This document shows, piece by piece, positions 16,203 to 29,720 of a stretch of 64,000 nucleotides of DNA. Where the stretch lies: positions 1 through 64,000 of the forward strand of contig NC_043022.1 in the NCBI RefSeq assembly GCF_006345805.1. The letters are read 5' to 3'. Positions within the stretch are counted from its first letter, which is position 1. Every line of letters starts with the position of its first letter. Source of the stretch: Octopus sinensis. Its lineage: Eukaryota. The translations under genes and the position numbers were made by a program. The notes beneath the pieces are model-generated. The model saw only the letters and a program-made list of their open reading frames with translations. It did not search any database and had not been told where the DNA came from.

Positions 16203-19200
16203 TATGTATGGACGCATGGTGTGTGAACGAGGATTGTATGTATGAACGCATGTGTGAACGAGGCTTGTGTGTATGGACGCATGTGTGAACGAGGCTTGTT
16301 TGTTTGGACGCATGATGTGTGAACGAGGCTTGTGTGTATGGACGCATGTGTGAACGAGGCTGGTTTGTATGGACGCATGATGTGTGAACGAGGCCTGTTT
16401 GTATGGACGCATGATGTGTGACCGAGGCTTGTTTGTATGAACGCATGACGGATGAACGAGGCTTGTTTGTATGGAGGCATGACGGGTGAACGAGCCTTGT
16501 TTGTATGAACGCATGATGTGTGAACGAGGCTTGTTTGTATGGACGCATGATGTGTGAACGAGGCTTGTTTGTATGAACGAATGATGTGTGAACGAGGCTT
16601 GTTTGTATGGACGCATGATGTGTGAACGAGGCTTGTTTGTATGAACGAATGATGTGTGAACGAGGCTTGTTTGTATGGACGAATGATGTGTGAACGGGGC
16701 CTGTGTGTATCGACGCATGTTGTGTGAACGAGTCCTGTTTGTATGGACGCATGATGTGTGAACGGGGCCTGTGTGTATCGACGCATGATGTGTGAACGAG
16801 GCCTGTTTGTATGGACGCATGATGTGTGAACGGGGCCTGTGTGTATCGACGCATGATGTGTGAACGAGGCCTGTTTGTATGGACGCATGATGTGTGAACG
16901 GGGCCTGTGTGTATTGACGCATGATGTGTGAACGAGGCCTGTTTGTATGGACGCATGATGTGTGAACGGGGCCTGTGTGTATCGACGCATGATGTGTGAA
17001 CGAGGCCTGTTTGTATGGACGCATGATGTGTGAACGAGGCTTGTTTGTATGAACGCATGACGGGTGAACGAGTGTTGTTTCTATGGACGCATGATGTGTG
17101 AACGAGGCTTGTTTGTGTGGAAGCATGTGTGAACGAGGCATGTATGGACGCATGACGTGCGAACGAGGCTTTTGTGTATGGACGCATGATGTGTGAACGA
17201 GGCTTGTTTGTATGGACGCATGATGTGTGAACGAGGCTTCTTTGTGTGAACGCATGATGTGTGAACGAGGCGTGTATGGACGCATGATGTGCGAACGAGG
17301 CTTGTGTGTATGGACGCATGATGTGTGAACGAGGCTTGTTTGTATGGACACATGATGTGTGAACGAGGATTGTGTGTATGGACGCATGTGTGAACGAGGC
17401 ATATTTGTATGGACGCATGATGTGTGAACGAGGCCTGTTTGTATGGACGCATGACGGGTGAACGAGGCTTGTTTGTATGAACGCATGATGTGTGAACGAG
17501 GCTTGGTTGTTTGGACGCATGATGTGTGAACGAGGCTTGTTTGTGTGGACGCATGTGTGAACGAGGCCTGTTTGTATGGACGAATGATGTGTGAACGAGG
17601 CGTGTATGTATGGACGCATGATGTGTGAACGAGGCTTGTTTGTATGGACACATGATGCGTGAACGAGGCCTGTTTGTAAGGACGCATGATGTGTGAACGA
17701 GGCTTGGTTGTTTGGACGCATGATGTGTGAACGAGGCTTCTTTGTGTGGACGCATGATGTGTGAACGAGGCTGTTTGTATGGACACATGATGTGTGAACG
17801 GGGCCTGTGTGTATCGACGCATTATGTGTGAACGAGGCCTGTTTGTATGGACGCATGATGTGTGAACGAGGCTTGTTTGTATGAACGCATGTGTGAACGA
17901 GGCTTGTTTGTATGGACGCATGATGTGTGAACGAGGCTTCTTTGTGTGGACGCATGAAGTTTGAACGAGGCGTGTATGGACGCATGATGTGTGAACGAGG
18001 CGTGTATGGACGCATGATGTGTGAACGAGGCTTGTGTGTATGGACGCATGATGTGTGAACGAGGCATATTTGTATGGACGCATGGCGGTGAACGAGGCCT
18101 GTTTGTATGGACGCATGACGGGTGAACGAGGCTTGTTTGTATGGACGCATGATGTGTGAACAAGGCTTGGTTGTTTGGACGCATAATGTGTGAACGAGGC
18201 CTGTTTGTATGGACGAATGATGTGTGAACGAGGCGTGTATGTATGGACGCGTGTATGTATGGACGCATGATGTGTGAACGAGGCTTGTTTGTATGGACGA
18301 ATGATGTGTGAACGAGGCTCGTTTGTATGGACACATGATGTGTGAACGAGGCCTGTTTGTATGGACGAATGATGTGTGAACGAGGCCTGTTTGTATGGAC
18401 GCATGACGGGTGAACGAGGCTTGTTTGTATGGACGCATGATGTGTGAACGAGGCTTGTTTGTATGGACGCATGACGGGTGAACGAGGCTTGTTTGTATGG
18501 ACGCATGATGTGTGAACGAGGCTTGTTTGTATGGACGCATGATGTGTGAACGAGGCTTGTTTGTATGAACGCATGATGTGTGAACGAGGCTTGGTTGTTT
18601 GGACGCATAATGTGTGAACGAGGCCTGTTTGTATGGACGAATGATGTGTGAACGAGGCTTGGTTGTTTGGACGCATGATGTGTGAACGAGGCTTGTTTGT
18701 ATGGACACATGATGTGTGAACGAGGCCTGTTTGTATGGACGCATGACGGGTGAACGAGGCTTGTTTGTATGGACGCATGACGGGTGAACGAGGCTTGTTT
18801 GTATCGACGCATGATGCGTGAACGAGGCTTGTTTGTATGGACACATGATGTGTGAACGAGGCCTGTTTGTATGGACGAATGATGTGTGAACGAGCCTTGT
18901 TTGTATGGACGCATGATGTGTGAACGAGGCCGGTTTGTATGGACGAATGATGTGTGAACGAGCCTTGTTTGTATGGACGCATGACGGGTGAACGAGCCTT
19001 GTTTGTATGGACGCATGATGTGTGAACGAGGCTTGTTTGAATGGACGCATGATGTGTGAACGAGGCCTGTTTGTATGGACGAATGATGTGTGAACGAGGT
19101 TTGTTTGTATGGACGCATGACGGGTGAACGAGCCTTGTTTGTATGGACGCATGATGTGTGAACGAGGCTTGTTTGAATGGACGCATGATGTGTGAACGAT

Positions 19201-19868
19201 GCTTCTTTATGTGTACGCATGATGTGTGAACGAGGCCTGTTTGTATGGACGAATGATGTGTGAACGAGGCTTCTTTCTGTGGACGCATGATGTGTGAACG
19301 AGGCGTGTATGTATGGACGCATGATGTATCAACCAGGCTTGTTTGTATGGACGCATGACGGGTGAACGAGCCTTGTTTGTATGGACGCATGAGGTGTGAA
19401 CGAGGTTTGTTTGAATGAACGCATGTGTGAACGAGGCTTGGTTGTTTGGACGCATGATGTGTGAACGAGGCGTGTATGTGTGGACGCATGATGTGTGAAC
19501 GAGGCTTGTTTGTGTGGACGCATGATGTGTGAACGAGGCCTGTTTGTATTGATGAATGATGTGTGAACGAGGCTTGTTTGTATGGACGCATGACGGGTGA
19601 ACGAAACTTGTTTGAATGGACGCATGATGTGTGAACGAGGCTTCTTAGTGTGGACGCATGTGTGAACCAGGCTTGTTTGAATGGACGAATGATGTGTGAA
19701 CGAGGCGTGTATCGACGCATGTGTGAACGAGGCGTGTATGTATGGACGCATGATGTATGAACCAGACTTGTTTGTATGGACGCATGACGGGTGAACGAGC
19801 CTTGTTTGTATGAACGCATGGCGGTGAACGAGTCTTGTTTGTATGGACGCATGATGTGTGAACGAGGC
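16203..19868. repeat. 34-bp satellite array, second copy (about 3.7 kb)
   Basis: Same unit as 1-2310 and the same right-hand junction. Confidence 0.97.
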
Positions 19869-19940
19869 TAACACTAACCCTAACCCCAACCTAACCCCGA
19901 CCCTGACCCTAACCCTAATCCAACCCCAACCGGAACACCA
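19869..19940 (+). repeat. Degenerate (CCCTAA)n tract, paralog of 2311-2405
   Basis: taacactaaccctaaccccaacctaaccccgaccctgaccctaaccctaatcc. Confidence 0.8.
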
Positions 19941-20524
19941 ATCGTAATGTAGTTACATGTAAGTGAAGTAACTCTGCAAAATTTTGTACCTATTTCCCTT
20001 TCTAGAGTTACTTCCCTTGAATATCATAATTTAATAATACCTAATAGGAATTTAATTAGATGTAAGGGAAGTAACTCTGGAAGATTTTGGAGTTATCTTC
20101 CTTCGCAAGTGACTTACCTTGCATATTATAATTTAATAATTAATAATATGCAAGGGGTGTAACTCTAGAAAGGGAGATAACTAAGAAAATATTCGAAAGT
20201 TACCTCCCTTACATTTAACTACATAATGACAATTATCAAAATGTATTATGGAAGCTAATTAACTCTACAATATAATGTTCAGACGTAACGCATACACTTT
20301 TACTGTTTTCCTTGTTTAGTCATTTCACTGTGCCAATGCTGGAGCACAGCTTTTCTAGAGCAAATCGACACTAGGACTACGTCAGTCTAGTATTAATTCT
20401 GTTGGTCTCCTTTTCCCGAACATCGGCATTGGTTGTCAGGCGGTTTTGGGGACACCGAAACATACACACATATACATATATATAAATATCTATATGTATA
20501 TACATGTTTCTCTCTATATATATA

Positions 20525-22328
20525 TTGCAGAAAAAATACTGCTGTCTTTAGTGTTCCCACTGATATTGACGTAAGAGAAGCGAACGAAGTTGACTCCCAA
20601 CACAAAATTGCAGACATAACCTTCACTCCCACTGACATCGTAGCAGCAATAAATGAGGTCAAATACTACTCTGCTGTAGGCCCTGATAGATTCCCCGCTA
20701 GTCTCCTGAAGGAATGTAAACACCAACTTGCAGTCCCACTGACCAACCTCTGGAGAAATTGGTTAGATGCAGGTTATATACCAAAACAGTTTCTATCCCA
20801 GTCGGTCATCCCGGTTTTCAAACAGGGAAACAGATCCCTCACACTCAACTATCGCCCAATCTCACTCACCTCCCACATCATCAAAGTGTTTGAAAGAGTG
20901 TTAAGATCAAGGATGGCTCACTTCCTGGAGACCCAGAAACTCCTAAATGCAAATCAGCATGGCTTTCGCTGTGGCAGGGACTGTCTAACACAGCTCTTAC
21001 ACTACATTGAGGATGTACTCAAAGCCTTGGGAACAGGTTCGAAATCTGATGTCATATATCTTGACTTCAGTAAAGCGTTCGACAGGGTAGACCATAATAT
21101 CCTACTCTCAAAATTGGCAAATGTTGGAATCCGTGGAAAAGTTCTACACTGGATCAAGTATTTCCTGGCGAATAGAACACAACATGTTGTAGTTGATGGA
21201 GTCCACTCAAGCCCAGCAAAAGTCACAGCGGTGTCCCCCAGGGGATTGTCTTGGGTCCGCTACTCTTCATAATCTACATAAACGACCTTTCCAAATTCGT
21301 ACATTACTGCAAAGTGAAAATATTTGCTGATGACACCAAGCTCCAGCAAATCGTCAATGAAGAAGCAGACCGAACTCAACTCCAGTCTGATCTATATGCT
21401 GTGAGTCAATGGGCAGACAGAAACAAAATGCAACTGAACGAGGGAAAATTTGAGCTGATGCATTTTGGAAGAAACTCCTCACTAAAACAGCCATACTCTC
21501 TTCCTTCAGGGGAACCGCTCACAGCCTCTAACAATATCAGAGACCTGGGTGTAATTGTTGATGACGATCTCAGTTGGAGTGCACACATCAACAAGAAGGT
21601 CGATATAGCTCGTAGGATGAGTTCCTGGATCTTAAGAACTTTCCGGTCCAGAGAACAAGGTGTCATCATACCACTTTTTTCCTCCTTTGTACGGCCACAC
21701 CTTGAATACTGCTGCCCACTGTGGTCTCCTCACACAAGACAAAACATCTCCAGAATTGAGTCACCCCAGAGGGCTCTCACTAAACGAATTGAAGGCATGG
21801 CTGCTCTCGATTATTGGGATCGCCGTAAAGCCTTGAAACTTTACTCCCTCCAGCGTCGCCGTGAGCGGTACATCATTTGTACGATGTGGAAAATATACCG
21901 CCAACTATGCCCAAACGACCTAAACATTAGCTTCAAGGTTCATCCAAAACTTGGACCACGGGCTATACGTCCCCTGCCCAATTCAAGATCACAACATACA
22001 TGTACACTGCAACATAATTTCTTTTCCTCAACAGGCCCTGCCCTATTTAACATTGTCCCGAAAGAGATCAAAGAGGAAAAGGATCCCATCAACTTTAAAC
22101 GGAGTCTGGATAGATTCCTTCAAAGAATACCAGATAAGCCACCCATAATAGGATACAACTGACCCAACAAGAACTCACTACTTGAACAAAACTGGATACA
22201 ACTCACCCAACAAGAACTCACTACTTGAACAAAACTTGACTTAAACAGGATTCGAATAATCCTATTAAATGGTGCTATTAAGTTAGACATAGCCTGGACC
22301 AATCTTTGGTCGAAACATATCTAAGTTT
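20525..22328 (+). mobile_element. CR1-clade LINE family A, copy 2 (RT with a frameshift in the SGVPQG region)
   Basis: ORFs 20433-21272 and 21251-22162 carry the RT motifs; near-identical to 3019-4810. Confidence 0.95.
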
Positions 22329-22355
22329 ATATATATCTGATATATCTTTATAAAG

Positions 22356-22413
<58 letters not shown>

Positions 22414-22863
22414 AATCTATCTTCTTCGAGCACATCGTCAGCAGCACTTATTCTTTCTAAGCCTAGTATTTATTCTAACTTATTCTTTTCTGCCGAGCCG
22501 CTCAAATACAGGGAGGAAAACACACCAGCATCGTTTGAAAAATCTACTATAGCCCCGAGCCGACCAAAGCCTTGTGATTGGATATGGTGGAAGGAAACTG
22601 GAAAAATGCAGTCATATATATGTTTATATATATGTGTACGTGTGTATGTGTGTGTGCTTATGTCTGTTTGTCCCCAAACAATGCTACACAACGGACGCTA
22701 GTCTGTCTACGTCCCCAGCAGAAAATATCTCCTAGAGTTACTTCCCTAACGTCATATAATACGTTTCATGTTGTAATATCTGTAATAAAGTAATAATGAC
22801 ATAATCAAGTTTCTTTTTTGTTTTATATAGTATATATGCGTATATCTGTAAGTATATATATAT

Positions 22864-22895
<32 letters not shown>

Positions 22896-25800
22896 AATAC
22901 TGGAGCGCCGCCTTTAGTCGATCACATCGTCCGCAGCACTTCTTTGTAAGCCTAGTATTTATTCTAACTTGTTCTCTTTTGCCGAACCGCTAAAATACAG
23001 GGAGTAAAACACACCTGTGTCGGTAAAAACATCAACAGCTACAGTCGTTCGAAGGTAATGGCCAAACTGTCTACTCTTATCCACCAGTTCCAACACGATT
23101 TAACCAAAAAGGAGACAAATTGCTTGACTAGATTTCACTGCAAAGCCAGTAACATCTATGAACTTCCCAAAATCTAAATAAGTTAAGCCATAAACAAAAC
23201 CTGTAACAAGTTAACTTCTATAGTTATAAATATTCCACACCCGAGAGATCTCCGAATGAGGCCAATTATGGTCAATCCAGGTATGTAGATACGGGGGGCA
23301 TTGGGTGCTTAACACTCGCAAATCTGAAGTCACTAAAGGTGCAATAAATTGAACTTCTTTTCATTTAGAACTTAGGGATCTGCAAATGTGGGTATCTTGG
23401 AGATGCTTAAAGTGTTTGTTGTAGCTGTAATTGTCGCACACACACAAACGAATAAAAAACAGAGTCGCTCACACACACGTACACACGAAAATAAAAACAT
23501 TCACACAAGCACAGACACTGAAATGAAAATACCAACACACACACACAAATAAAAACAGTCCCACGCACACAAACACTGAAAAAAAATTCTCACAAAAACA
23601 CTCACATACGCACAAAGACAAACACACAAATGAAAATACACAGCTACATATTCACACACTCAAACACGCGGAGAAACACAGAAATGAAGACAGTTACATA
23701 CCTACACATGCACAAACACAGACACACAAATAGAAATGAAAAATACAGTTACACATCCAAACTCTCACACACAAACATACGCACAAACACACACACACAA
23801 ACATACGCACCCACACACAGAAATGAAAACGCAGTTACACACTCACACAAAAAACCCTAACCGTAACTAGCACAAACATACAATTTATTCAGAATGTAAA
23901 GGGGCATTGGGTGCTTTGAACTCGCAGTTAGAATATCAGCCCCCTCCACGCCAGTATGAGAATTTCTTTTATCCACTTGTGAAATTGATACACATTGTCG
24001 ACACATGGAAAAATATGAGCAACATCTCAAGTCACTAAAGGTGCAATAAATTGAACTTATTTGATTTAGTAGTTAGTGATCTCAAATGTGGGTATCTTAG
24101 AAATGGTCAAAGTGTTTGTTGTATTTGTGTCGCACACACACAACAAATAGAAACACTCAGTCGCTCACACAGAAAAAAAACACCACAAACACACACAAAC
24201 ACTGAAATGAAAATACCGGCACTCACATAAATAAAAACAGTCCCACACATGCAAGGAGCCCCAATAAATATATCAAAAAAGTTTCTAGTATTTTTCCTAG
24301 CCCATAATTTATGATAATTGAAGTTCTTACAGTAAATAAATACCTACTAAATCAGTACATCGAACATTACGTCCCCGTAACTTAGCGGTTCTGCAAAAGA
24401 GACCTATACGTTAAGTAATAGGCATACAAAGAATAATTGCTGGGGTTGATTTGCTTGACTAAAGGCGGTGCTCCACCATGGTCACAGTGAAATAACTGAA
24501 AGAGTCAAAGAGCGACAAAGTCTATATTACAATAACTACATACTTTAGGGAGATTACAGAGTATCTTCTACAGTTACCTTCCCTTAAATATTAAAATTTA
24601 ACAATAATAAAATAAAATGCTAGGAATTTAACACTCGGAAGGGAGATAACTAGATAACATCTTCCAGAGTTACTTTCCTTACATATAATTATTTTACTTT
24701 TGTTAAATAATTTCCTAGGGAAGTAGCTCTAGAATATATTATGCAGACGTGACACACACACTTTTACGCTTTTCCTCCTTTAGTCATTTTACTGTGCCCA
24801 TGCTGGAGCACAGCATTTTCTAGAGCAAATCGACACTAGGACTAACTCTATGACAGTCTAGAATTTATTTATTGATCGTCTTTTCCCGAAGTTACTAGAG
24901 TGAAAAAATACCAGCATCGGTTGTCAAGCGGTTTGGGGACACAGAAAACATATATATAAATATCTATCTAGTTTATATTTACTGCGGAGAAAACCACGCG
25001 AGAGTGGTGGATTTGGAATAGTTATATCATATAGACTCGAGACATAGTTATTATCGCCTCGAGTCTATATGCTAGTAGAAGACATTTGCCCAACGTGCCA
25101 CCCAGTGGGACAGAACTCGAAAACATTTGTTAGGTAAGCAAGCTAATTCCCATTCAGACACTACTGTTTGTTAACTGGACAAGTTCAAGGTGAGCCCTAA
25201 TTGTTTGTATGCAAATGAGTTCATTAATGGGGTCCGGAACTTTCGCGGCTGGGTCCCATAAGACAATGCAACAAACTTGGGTATGGGTGGACTGTGCTCA
25301 CACACGCACAAACACCCACACGTCCGCACTCACGAATATAGATACATGCATATACGCAAACTCGTAGATATTTATGTTTTAAACATGTTGACATTAAAAC
25401 CATGACGTTCTGTGTCTATTTGCGCGCGCATTTCTGTGAGAATGATTGCTCACGAACCGCAATGCGCCGAGTTTAAACCAACAGCGTTGCACCTTCGGCA
25501 AGTGTATTCAACTATAGCCTTGGGCCGACCAAAGTATTCTGAGTGGAGTTGGTAGAGGGAAACTGAAAGAAGCCCGTCGTATATACGATTACCGGCGTAG
25601 GAATGGCTATGTTGTACATGGTTTGGTGTTCACTCCCACTGCCTGTCATCTTATGCAATTGTCTACTACTGTACCCCAGGGCCGACCTAATCCTTGTGAT
25701 TGGATTTAGTGGAAGGAAACTGAAAGAATCCCATCGTATATATGTTTAAATGTGTGTGTGTGTGTGTTTGTTCGCACTCGAAGGGCACACGAGAATACAC

Positions 25801-26518
25801 GCACGTACTATCACACATACAGATGCAAGTTTTCTTAATAAAATGGAAAGAACTCCCGTTCCATCCCTTACAGTTTCTTTTTTGTTTTCAACACTACATA
25901 TACATGCGTGGGTATATACACGTATATCTGTATGTGTATGTCTGGGTGAAACAGACTTTCGCGGTTGGGTCACATTAGCCGATGCGACCACCTTGGGTAT
26001 GTGTGGACTGTGCTCACACACGCACAAAAACCCACACTTCTGCACTCATGCACATAGATACATGCAAAGCTATTTCATGTTTAAATATGTTGACCTTAAA
26101 ACCGTGACACCCCAAGAAATTGCATGAGTGTGTGGGTCAGCCAATATGTGTGCTTTCATCTCTGTGTCTATTTGCGCGCGCGATTGTGTGTGAGAGTGTT
26201 TGCTTACCAACCTCAATGTGCTGGATTAAATCCAACAGCGTGGCACCTTCGGCAAGTGTATTCAACTATACCCCCGGGCCGACCAATGTATTCTGAGTAG
26301 GGTTGGTAGAGAGAAACTGAAAGAAGACCGTCGTATATATGAATATCAGCGCACGAATGGCTATGTGGTAAGTAGTTTGCTTACGAACCACATGGTTTCA
26401 GTTTCATTCCCACTGCCTCGCATCTTGTCCAATTGTCTTCTACAGTAGCCCCGGGCCGACCAAATCCTTGTGATTGGATTTGGTGGAAGGAAACTGAAAG
26501 AATCCCGTCGTATATGTT

Positions 26519-26557
<39 letters not shown>

Positions 26558-27860
26558 TCGCACTCGAATGGCACACGAGCATGCACGCATGAACCATCAG
26601 ACATACAGATGCAAGTTTTCTCAATGAAAGGGAAACAACTGGAGCGCCGCCTTTAGTCGAGCACATCGTCCGCAGCACTTATTCTTTGTAAACCTAGTAT
26701 TTATTCTAACTTATTCTCTTTTGCCGAACCGCTAAGAATAACTAAACTGTCTACTCGTATCCACCATTTCCAAAACATTTAACAAAAAAGGAGACAAATT
26801 GCTTGACTAGATTTCACTGCAAAGCCAGTAACATCTATGGACTTCCCAAAATCTAAATAAGTTAAGCCATAAACAAAACCTGTAACAAGTTCACTTCTAT
26901 AGTCATAAATATTCCACACCCGAGAGATCTCCGAATGAGGCCAATTATGGCCGATCCAAGTATGTAGATACAGGGAGCATTGGGTGCTTAACAATCGCAA
27001 ATCTGAAGTCGCAATAAATTGAACTTCTTTTCATTTAGCAGTTAGTGATCTGCAAATGTGGGTATCTTAGAGATGCTTAAAGTGTTTGTTGTGTAGCTGT
27101 AATTGTCGCACACACACAAACGAATAATCACACAGTCGCTCACACACACGTACACACAGAAATAAAAACGTTCACACAAACACAAAGACTGAAATGAAAA
27201 TACCCATACTCACATAAATAAAAACAGTCCCACAACACAAGGAGCCCCAATAGGTCTATCAAAAAAGTTTCTAGTATTTTTCCTAGCCCATAATTTATGA
27301 TAATTGAAGTTCTTACAATAAATAAATACCTACTAATTCAGTACATCGAACATTACGTCCCCGTAACTTATCGGTTCTGCAAAAGAGACCTATACATTAA
27401 GTAATGGGCATACAAAGAATAATTCATGTGGTTGATTTGCTTGACTAAAGGCGGTGCTCCACCACGGTCACAGTGAATAACTGAGAGTCTAACAGCGACA
27501 AAGTGTATATTACGATAACTACATACTTAAGGGAGATAACTACAAAGTATCTTCTACAGTTACTTCCGTTGAATATTATAATTTAACAATAATAAAATAA
27601 TATTTAAGGAAATTAACTCTCGGAAGGGAGATAACTAGATAACATCTTCCAGAGTTACTTTTCTAACATATAATTATATTACTTTTATTAAATTATAATG
27701 TGAAGGGGGAATAACTCTCGAATATATTATTCAGACATGACAGACTTTTAGGATTTTTTGGAGTTTAACTGCTCTCTCTAGTGAGTAGGATGTCCCATTA
27801 TGCAACCCCTTATATGTTTAAATATCTATATGTATATACATATATCTGTCAATATATACC

Positions 27861-27912
<52 letters not shown>

Positions 27913-28205
27913 GTTATCAGTAATAATATAGGGAGAAATTAATTAATTTGGAATAATCATTAATTTCACCAAGTAGATTTCGGCATGTAAAAGCCCCATT
28001 CGAAGAAAGTTCAAGTAATACAATGTAATTAAGGGTTTAGCAACGATTTGCCTCAACACACACCGAGTTTAGAAATAGCCTTTAAGTGGTGTGGTTTTAC
28101 TGAGATCTCCCTTTTAGTAGAAAGAATAGCTATAACTCTTTGACTGCTCTTTCTAAACTCGGTGTGTGGTGAGGCAAATCGTTGCTAAACCCTTAATTAC
28201 TTAGT
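27913..28205. mobile_element. About 295-bp insertion in (TA)n containing a 51-bp inverted repeat
   Basis: Arms 28025-28075 and 28150-28200 (one mismatch); absent from the paralogous site at 14630-14760. Confidence 0.75.
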
Positions 28206-28377
28206 ATATATATATATACACACCTATCTATATACCACGGGCTACTTTCTGTTTCCGTGTACCAAATCTACTCAGAAATGTTGGTCTGTCCGAGGCTATA
28301 TTGGAAGACACAGAAATAAAAACACTCACACACACACAACACACACACACCACACCACACACACAAACACTGAAGGT

Positions 28378-28560
28378 GCTTGTAAGGACATGAACATGAT
28401 GTACATAGAGGGATGTCTAAGAGCATTGCGGAACGGATAAATGAACATCTAAGACAACTTGACGACAGAAAACAGTCTTCTATACTCTACCAACATGCCA
28501 AAGACCACCATGGAGATAACTTGGGTCAACTTGACATCCGCATCTTATCTAAGCACCCAG
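28378..28560 (+). pseudogene. Penelope-like GIY-YIG endonuclease fragment (frameshifted; missed by the ORF track)
   Basis: Hand translation CKDMNMMYI(G..)MSKSIAERINEHLRQLDDRKQSSILYQHAKDHH fits the C..YIG.T.R....R..EH....S....H pattern. Confidence 0.7.
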
Positions 28561-29454
28561 CCCTCATCCCTGCTTTTCAATGCTAAAACCGATATAAAAC
28601 AGTCATCAACACTATAAATAAACCTGTTCAATCTCTACCCTCCTCATCACCCCAAATCCTAACCCCTAGTTCAAACTTTGATCTCTTACTTGACTATTCT
28701 CTCTAAAAACCCTTCACAAATCCTCAAGCTGACCCTAATATAGACTAAACTCTGAAAAACAATCCTAACAGCAAACCCACACCAAAATAAGAAAAACCAC
28801 TTACCTTTGGCCATTTGGGATCTATAATACAAGGCATGATATGCAAACAACAAGCAAAATATCAACCAACACTTGAAAGTCAAGTTTTATCTATGTGTCG
28901 AATCATGAAATACACTTGTTTAATAAATACAGTTGTCCTTACATTTACACAGTACATTGCTTCCACAAGTCATCAAACTAATCATTCTCATGCGAAATCA
29001 ATTGTTTTTATTTATAATAGAAACAAATTAATTATTGAAATTAATATAAGAAATACAATTAACGTGTATGTGTGTCATCATCATTTAACATTCGTTTTTC
29101 ATGTTGTCATGGGTTGGACTATTTCACACTATCTGAGATGAATTACTACACGTACATCTAATGTCTGTTTTCACATGGTTTCTATGTCTGAGAAAAGTTT
29201 TGGTAACACCGACACTAGTAAAATTAAAAAGTAAATTTCAAGGATGAGTGGACTGCTAGTAGTGAGAGAGGTGGCTTCATCCTAACCTGTAGTATGATAG
29301 AGAGACAGGCAGAGGTGTGTCGCTGAAGAGAAACTACATGGCCACCCTGCATATATGTATGTATATAGGTAGACATCGATTAGAGCGCTTTCTCATTGCT
29401 AATATGTTAACATATGCTTGATGTATGCTTTAAAAATAAAGTGCTTGCACTGGC

Positions 29455-29720
29455 ACTAATTTCTTCAGATGATGAAAATCACGGAGAGGATCATAGCCCA
29501 ACTAGTTAGGAAAAGACTTATCTAGATGAGATGCAATTTGGTTTTGTATCAGGAAGAAACACCAGTCATGATATATTTCTGGTATGAAACCCCAGGAGAA
29601 GTACCTAACCAAGTATAAACCTATGTACTTGACTTTTGTTGGTATCATAATCATTCAGGTAATAACAGATGAATATAAAACAGGCAGACCCTAGCAACTC
29701 CTCTATGCTGATTATGTGCA
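29455..29720 (+). mobile_element. Degenerate RTE-clade RT fragment
   Basis: atgaaaatcacggagaggatcatagcccaac...gatgagatgcaatttggttttgtatcagga is homologous to MKVTERVIAQL...DEMQFGFVPG at 45413-46546. Confidence 0.8.

Larger units (their letters stand above)
19869..27215. repeat. Segmental duplication unit 2 (paralog of 2311-9590)
   Basis: Colinear near-identity with some real indels, e.g. an extra segment at 22718-22750. Confidence 0.95.

Noticed and set aside
16176-19889. ORFs of up to 1048 aa as repeat proteins
   Set aside because: Same satellite artefact; overlapping frames give the same peptide words
27913-28205. Hammerhead ribozyme in the fold-back element
   Set aside because: No canonical CUGAUGA...GAAA core found on either strand
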